Shown here: piece by piece, positions 61,271-64,000 of the stretch
How the letters are laid out: each line of letters starts with the position of its first letter
Position numbering within the stretch: position 1 is the stretch's first letter
From: an uncultured Candidatus Berkelbacteria bacterium
GTDB lineage: Bacteria > Patescibacteriota > UBA1384 > UBA12157
Direction: 5' to 3'
Assembly (NCBI GenBank): GCA_903877885.1
Contig: CAIRFN010000006.1
Location: 3,342 to 67,341 of the forward strand
Length of the DNA stretch: 64,000 nucleotides
The notes under the pieces: model-generated
Databases searched by the model: none
What the model saw: the letters and a program-made list of their open reading frames with translations, nothing else
What the model was told of the DNA's origin: nothing
Translations under genes and position numbers: made by a program

Positions 61271-62416
61271 ATGTCAAACGAACCACAGTCGATGAAAGAT
61301 TTGGTGGCCGATTATGCCAACAGATTAGTCCCATTCAAACAAGGAGATGTTGTTGAAGTTAAAATCCTAGAAGTCAGCCGAACCCGCGCGTTAGTGGATG
61401 TGGCTGGACTCTCTTTGGGTTATATTCCGGAAAAAGAAATGTCGCCGGAAATGGGTGAAATGAAGCCTGGCGATAAAGTCTTGGCTTATGTTTTAGTTTT
61501 GGAAAACCCAGATGGTTATTGTATTTTGTCTTTAAAACGCGCTGATAAAGAACGCGTTACCAAAATTCTGGAAGAAAAATTCACTAGCGGCGGAGTACTT
61601 CCGGTTAAATGTCACGACGCTAACCGCGGCGGTTTGCTTTGTGCCTATGGTGAATACGAAGGATTCTTACCAGTTTCCCAATTAGCATCCTCACATTATC
61701 CAAAAGTTTCTTCAGGTGATAAAGATGAAATTTTGGCTAAACTTCGCCAATTATTGAATCAGACTTTTCAAGTTAAAATCATTTCTTTTGAACCAAATAA
61801 TAATAAATTGATTTTCTCGGAAAAAGCGGCAGGGGATTCTGTTCAACAAGAAAAAATTAAAAACTATCAACTTGGCGATATTTTAGAAGGCGAAATTACC
61901 GGTATTGTTGATTTCGGTTTGTTTATTAGTCTTGGTGAAGTTGAAGGTTTGGTCCACATTACCGAAGTTGCTTGGGGTCATATCGATAATTTACGCGATA
62001 TGTTCAAGGTTGGTCAAAAGGTTAAAGTCCAAATTATCTCTACTGAAAATAATCGTTTGTCACTTTCGATTAAACGGTTGATTGAAGATCCTTGGATTAA
62101 AACTGTTGAAAAATACAAAGTTGGCGACAAAGTTAAAGCTAAAGCGACTCGCAATACTCCATTTGGCGCTTTTGTTACTTTCGATGGTTTAGACGGTTTG
62201 GTTCATAAAACAAAAATGGGCGGCCGAGAAATCGAAGTTGGTTCTGAATACGATTTCTATATCGTTTCGATTGAACCAGAACTTCATAAATTGAATCTCT
62301 CCATGGATGAAGCCGGTTCTGAAGAAGTATCAAAAGAAGAATCAAACGCAAAACCAGCTAAAAAAGCCAAAGCTACTAAAAAAACAGCTAAAGCTAAAAC
62401 CAAAAAATCTAAATAA
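61271..62416 (+). CDS. rpsA: 30S ribosomal protein S1
   Basis: S1 repeats (EGFLPVSQL, DFGLFI, EGLVHITEV, PFGAFV); start moved to ATG 61271. Confidence 0.92.
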   Translation: MSNEPQSMKDLVADYANRLVPFKQGDVVEVKILEVSRTRALVDVAGLSLGYIPEKEMSPEMGEMKPGDKVLAYVLVLENPDGYCILSLKRADKERVTKILEEKFTSGGVLPVKCHDANRGGLLCAYGEYEGFLPVSQLASSHYPKVSSGDKDEILAKLRQLLNQTFQVKIISFEPNNNKLIFSEKAAGDSVQQEKIKNYQLGDILEGEITGIVDFGLFISLGEVEGLVHITEVAWGHIDNLRDMFKVGQKVKVQIISTENNRLSLSIKRLIEDPWIKTVEKYKVGDKVKAKATRNTPFGAFVTFDGLDGLVHKTKMGGREIEVGSEYDFYIVSIEPELHKLNLSMDEAGSEEVSKEESNAKPAKKAKATKKTAKAKTKKSK

Positions 62417-62447
62417 CAAAATTTAGTAAAAAATACGGAGGTGGTTC

Positions 62448-62927
62448 ATGATTGTCACTTGGCAAGGCGGACAGGATTTTACTTTAAAATCCAAAGGTAT
62501 AAACGTGGTCTTGAAAGATAAACCAAAACTAGGGGATATGGTTATCGACGAGCCAGGCGAATATGAAATTGGCGGTGTCCAACTCGATTGGATCGACGGC
62601 GTTGTTCAAGTTTATTTAGAAGGTTTAAATGTCAGCCATATTAAAAAAGGTAAAGTTTTATCTGACGAAGAGTTAGAAAAGTTAAATGGGATTGATATAT
62701 TGCTGATTGGCGTTGGTGGCGGTGAATTCACTGAAACAAAAACTGCTCATGCCGTGGTCAACCAAATTGATCCATCAGTGGTAATTCCGATGTATACCAA
62801 CCCGATCGAAGATTTTATTAAAGAAGAGGGGGGCGCGTCCGAACCTCTGGCTGAATACAAAGTTACTAAGCCAGAATTGCCGATTGATGGTCGAAAAATC
62901 GTCATCCTCAATGCTGAATCTAAATAA
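62448..62927 (+). CDS. MBL-fold-like protein (degenerate)
   Basis: IDEPGEYEIGGV, IDILLIGVGG, PSVVIPM. Confidence 0.7.
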   Translation: MIVTWQGGQDFTLKSKGINVVLKDKPKLGDMVIDEPGEYEIGGVQLDWIDGVVQVYLEGLNVSHIKKGKVLSDEELEKLNGIDILLIGVGGGEFTETKTAHAVVNQIDPSVVIPMYTNPIEDFIKEEGGASEPLAEYKVTKPELPIDGRKIVILNAESK

Positions 62928-63894
62928 AACCCCAATTCACAAAGTTATCGCCAGGTTTGCAATGGCAGAAAAAATTCTGTTGATTATTCACGAAACTCCT
63001 GATGGCGATACTTTGGCTGCGGCCACAGTTTTATCTAAAGTTCTTAAAAAAATGGGTAAAAGTCCGGCGATGGTTTGTAAAGATTTGATTCCTAAACCAT
63101 TTCTTTTTTTGCCAGAAGTAAGCGAAATCCACCACGATCTTTTATTCGGCGATTATGATTTGCTGGCCGTGATTGATTGTGGCGATATCAAGCGAACTGG
63201 TTTTGCCGACCGACTTAAAAAATTTTCTAAAACAAAATCCAAAACAATTATCAATATTGATCATCATCCCAAAAATGATTTGCATAAAATTGCCCATTTG
63301 AACTTAGTTGATTATGAGGCGTCATCGACTTCAGAAATTGTTTATGAATTGTGTCAAAAGATGAATGCCGATTTGGATAAAAATCTGGCGACAGCTCTTC
63401 TAACCGGAATTTACACTGATACCGGCGGTTTTAAACATTCCAATACTTCGGATAAAACTTTGCGGATTGCCGGCGAACTATTGCGAAGTGGTGGTAAAAT
63501 TAAAACTATCACAGAAAATATTAGCTTGAATAAGACTGTGCCGGCCTTAAAACTTTGGGGTTTAGCCTTAAAGCGAATGCATCGTCATCCAAAATTAGGT
63601 ATTGTTTCATCGGTCATTACGCGTGAAGATTTGACTAATTGTGGTGCGACTGATGATGATTTAGCAGGGGTCGTTAATTTAATCAACACTGTACCAGATG
63701 CCAAAGCGGCGATTTTGTTTCATGAAACACAAGACAAAAAAATCCGCGCCTCGCTTCGAACCGAAAGCGATTCGGTTGATGTCTCGCGCCTAGCTAATAT
63801 TTTCGGCGGCGGCGGACATAAAAGAGCGGCTGGTTTTACGATCGATGGTTATTTAAAAACCACCGATAACGTCTGGCAGATTGTATTAAATTGA
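62911..63894 (+). CDS. nrnA: DHH/DHHA1 phosphoesterase, NrnA-like
   Basis: HETPDGD, IDHH, TDTGGF, GGGGHKRAAG; start moved to ATG 62911. Confidence 0.9.
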   Translation: MLNLNKTPIHKVIARFAMAEKILLIIHETPDGDTLAAATVLSKVLKKMGKSPAMVCKDLIPKPFLFLPEVSEIHHDLLFGDYDLLAVIDCGDIKRTGFADRLKKFSKTKSKTIINIDHHPKNDLHKIAHLNLVDYEASSTSEIVYELCQKMNADLDKNLATALLTGIYTDTGGFKHSNTSDKTLRIAGELLRSGGKIKTITENISLNKTVPALKLWGLALKRMHRHPKLGIVSSVITREDLTNCGATDDDLAGVVNLINTVPDAKAAILFHETQDKKIRASLRTESDSVDVSRLANIFGGGGHKRAAGFTIDGYLKTTDNVWQIVLN

Positions 63895-63917
63895 GTTTTA
63901 AGGTATAATAATAGTGT

Positions 63918-64000
63918 GCCCGAGTGTTGGAACGGTAGACAATCATCGCTTAAAACGATGCGACTCGAAAGGGTCATGCGAGTTCGAATCTCGCCTCGGG
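63918..64000 (+). tRNA. tRNA-Leu(TAA), last bases beyond window
   Basis: CATCG-CTTAAAA-CGATG; long variable arm; GTTCGAATC. Confidence 0.92.

Overview
AT-rich bacterial chromosome segment whose gene content and repeat style suggest Patescibacteria/CPR (inference). Positions ~1-34 kb and ~58.4-64 kb are backbone: dnaK/grpE, comEC/comEA/comM, yebC-ruvC, a galT-glycosyltransferase-glgA cluster, recG, miaA, spoVS, ABC genes, a RAYT transposase with its REP palindromes, secG, rpsA, nrnA and eight tRNA loci. A ~24.2 kb element (34115-58343) is integrated at the 3' end of tRNA-Leu(GAG). It carries a large serine recombinase, a VirD4-like ATPase, a Replic_Relax protein, acidic orphan cargo and a diversity-generating retroelement (DGR). 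The DGR template repeat (54708-54821) differs from two variable repeats only at adenines. Those two targets sit in a tandem array of seven paralogous genes. The RT gene is out of frame at a (GA)18 tract, a candidate phase switch. avd is inverted, and an IS256-type element sits at its stop codon, 21 bp downstream of the TR. Other oddities: a tRNA-Val nested inside a disrupted tRNA-Val, a group I intron in tRNA-Phe, and palindromes inside recG and comEC. All calls come from reading motifs by eye; no searches were run.
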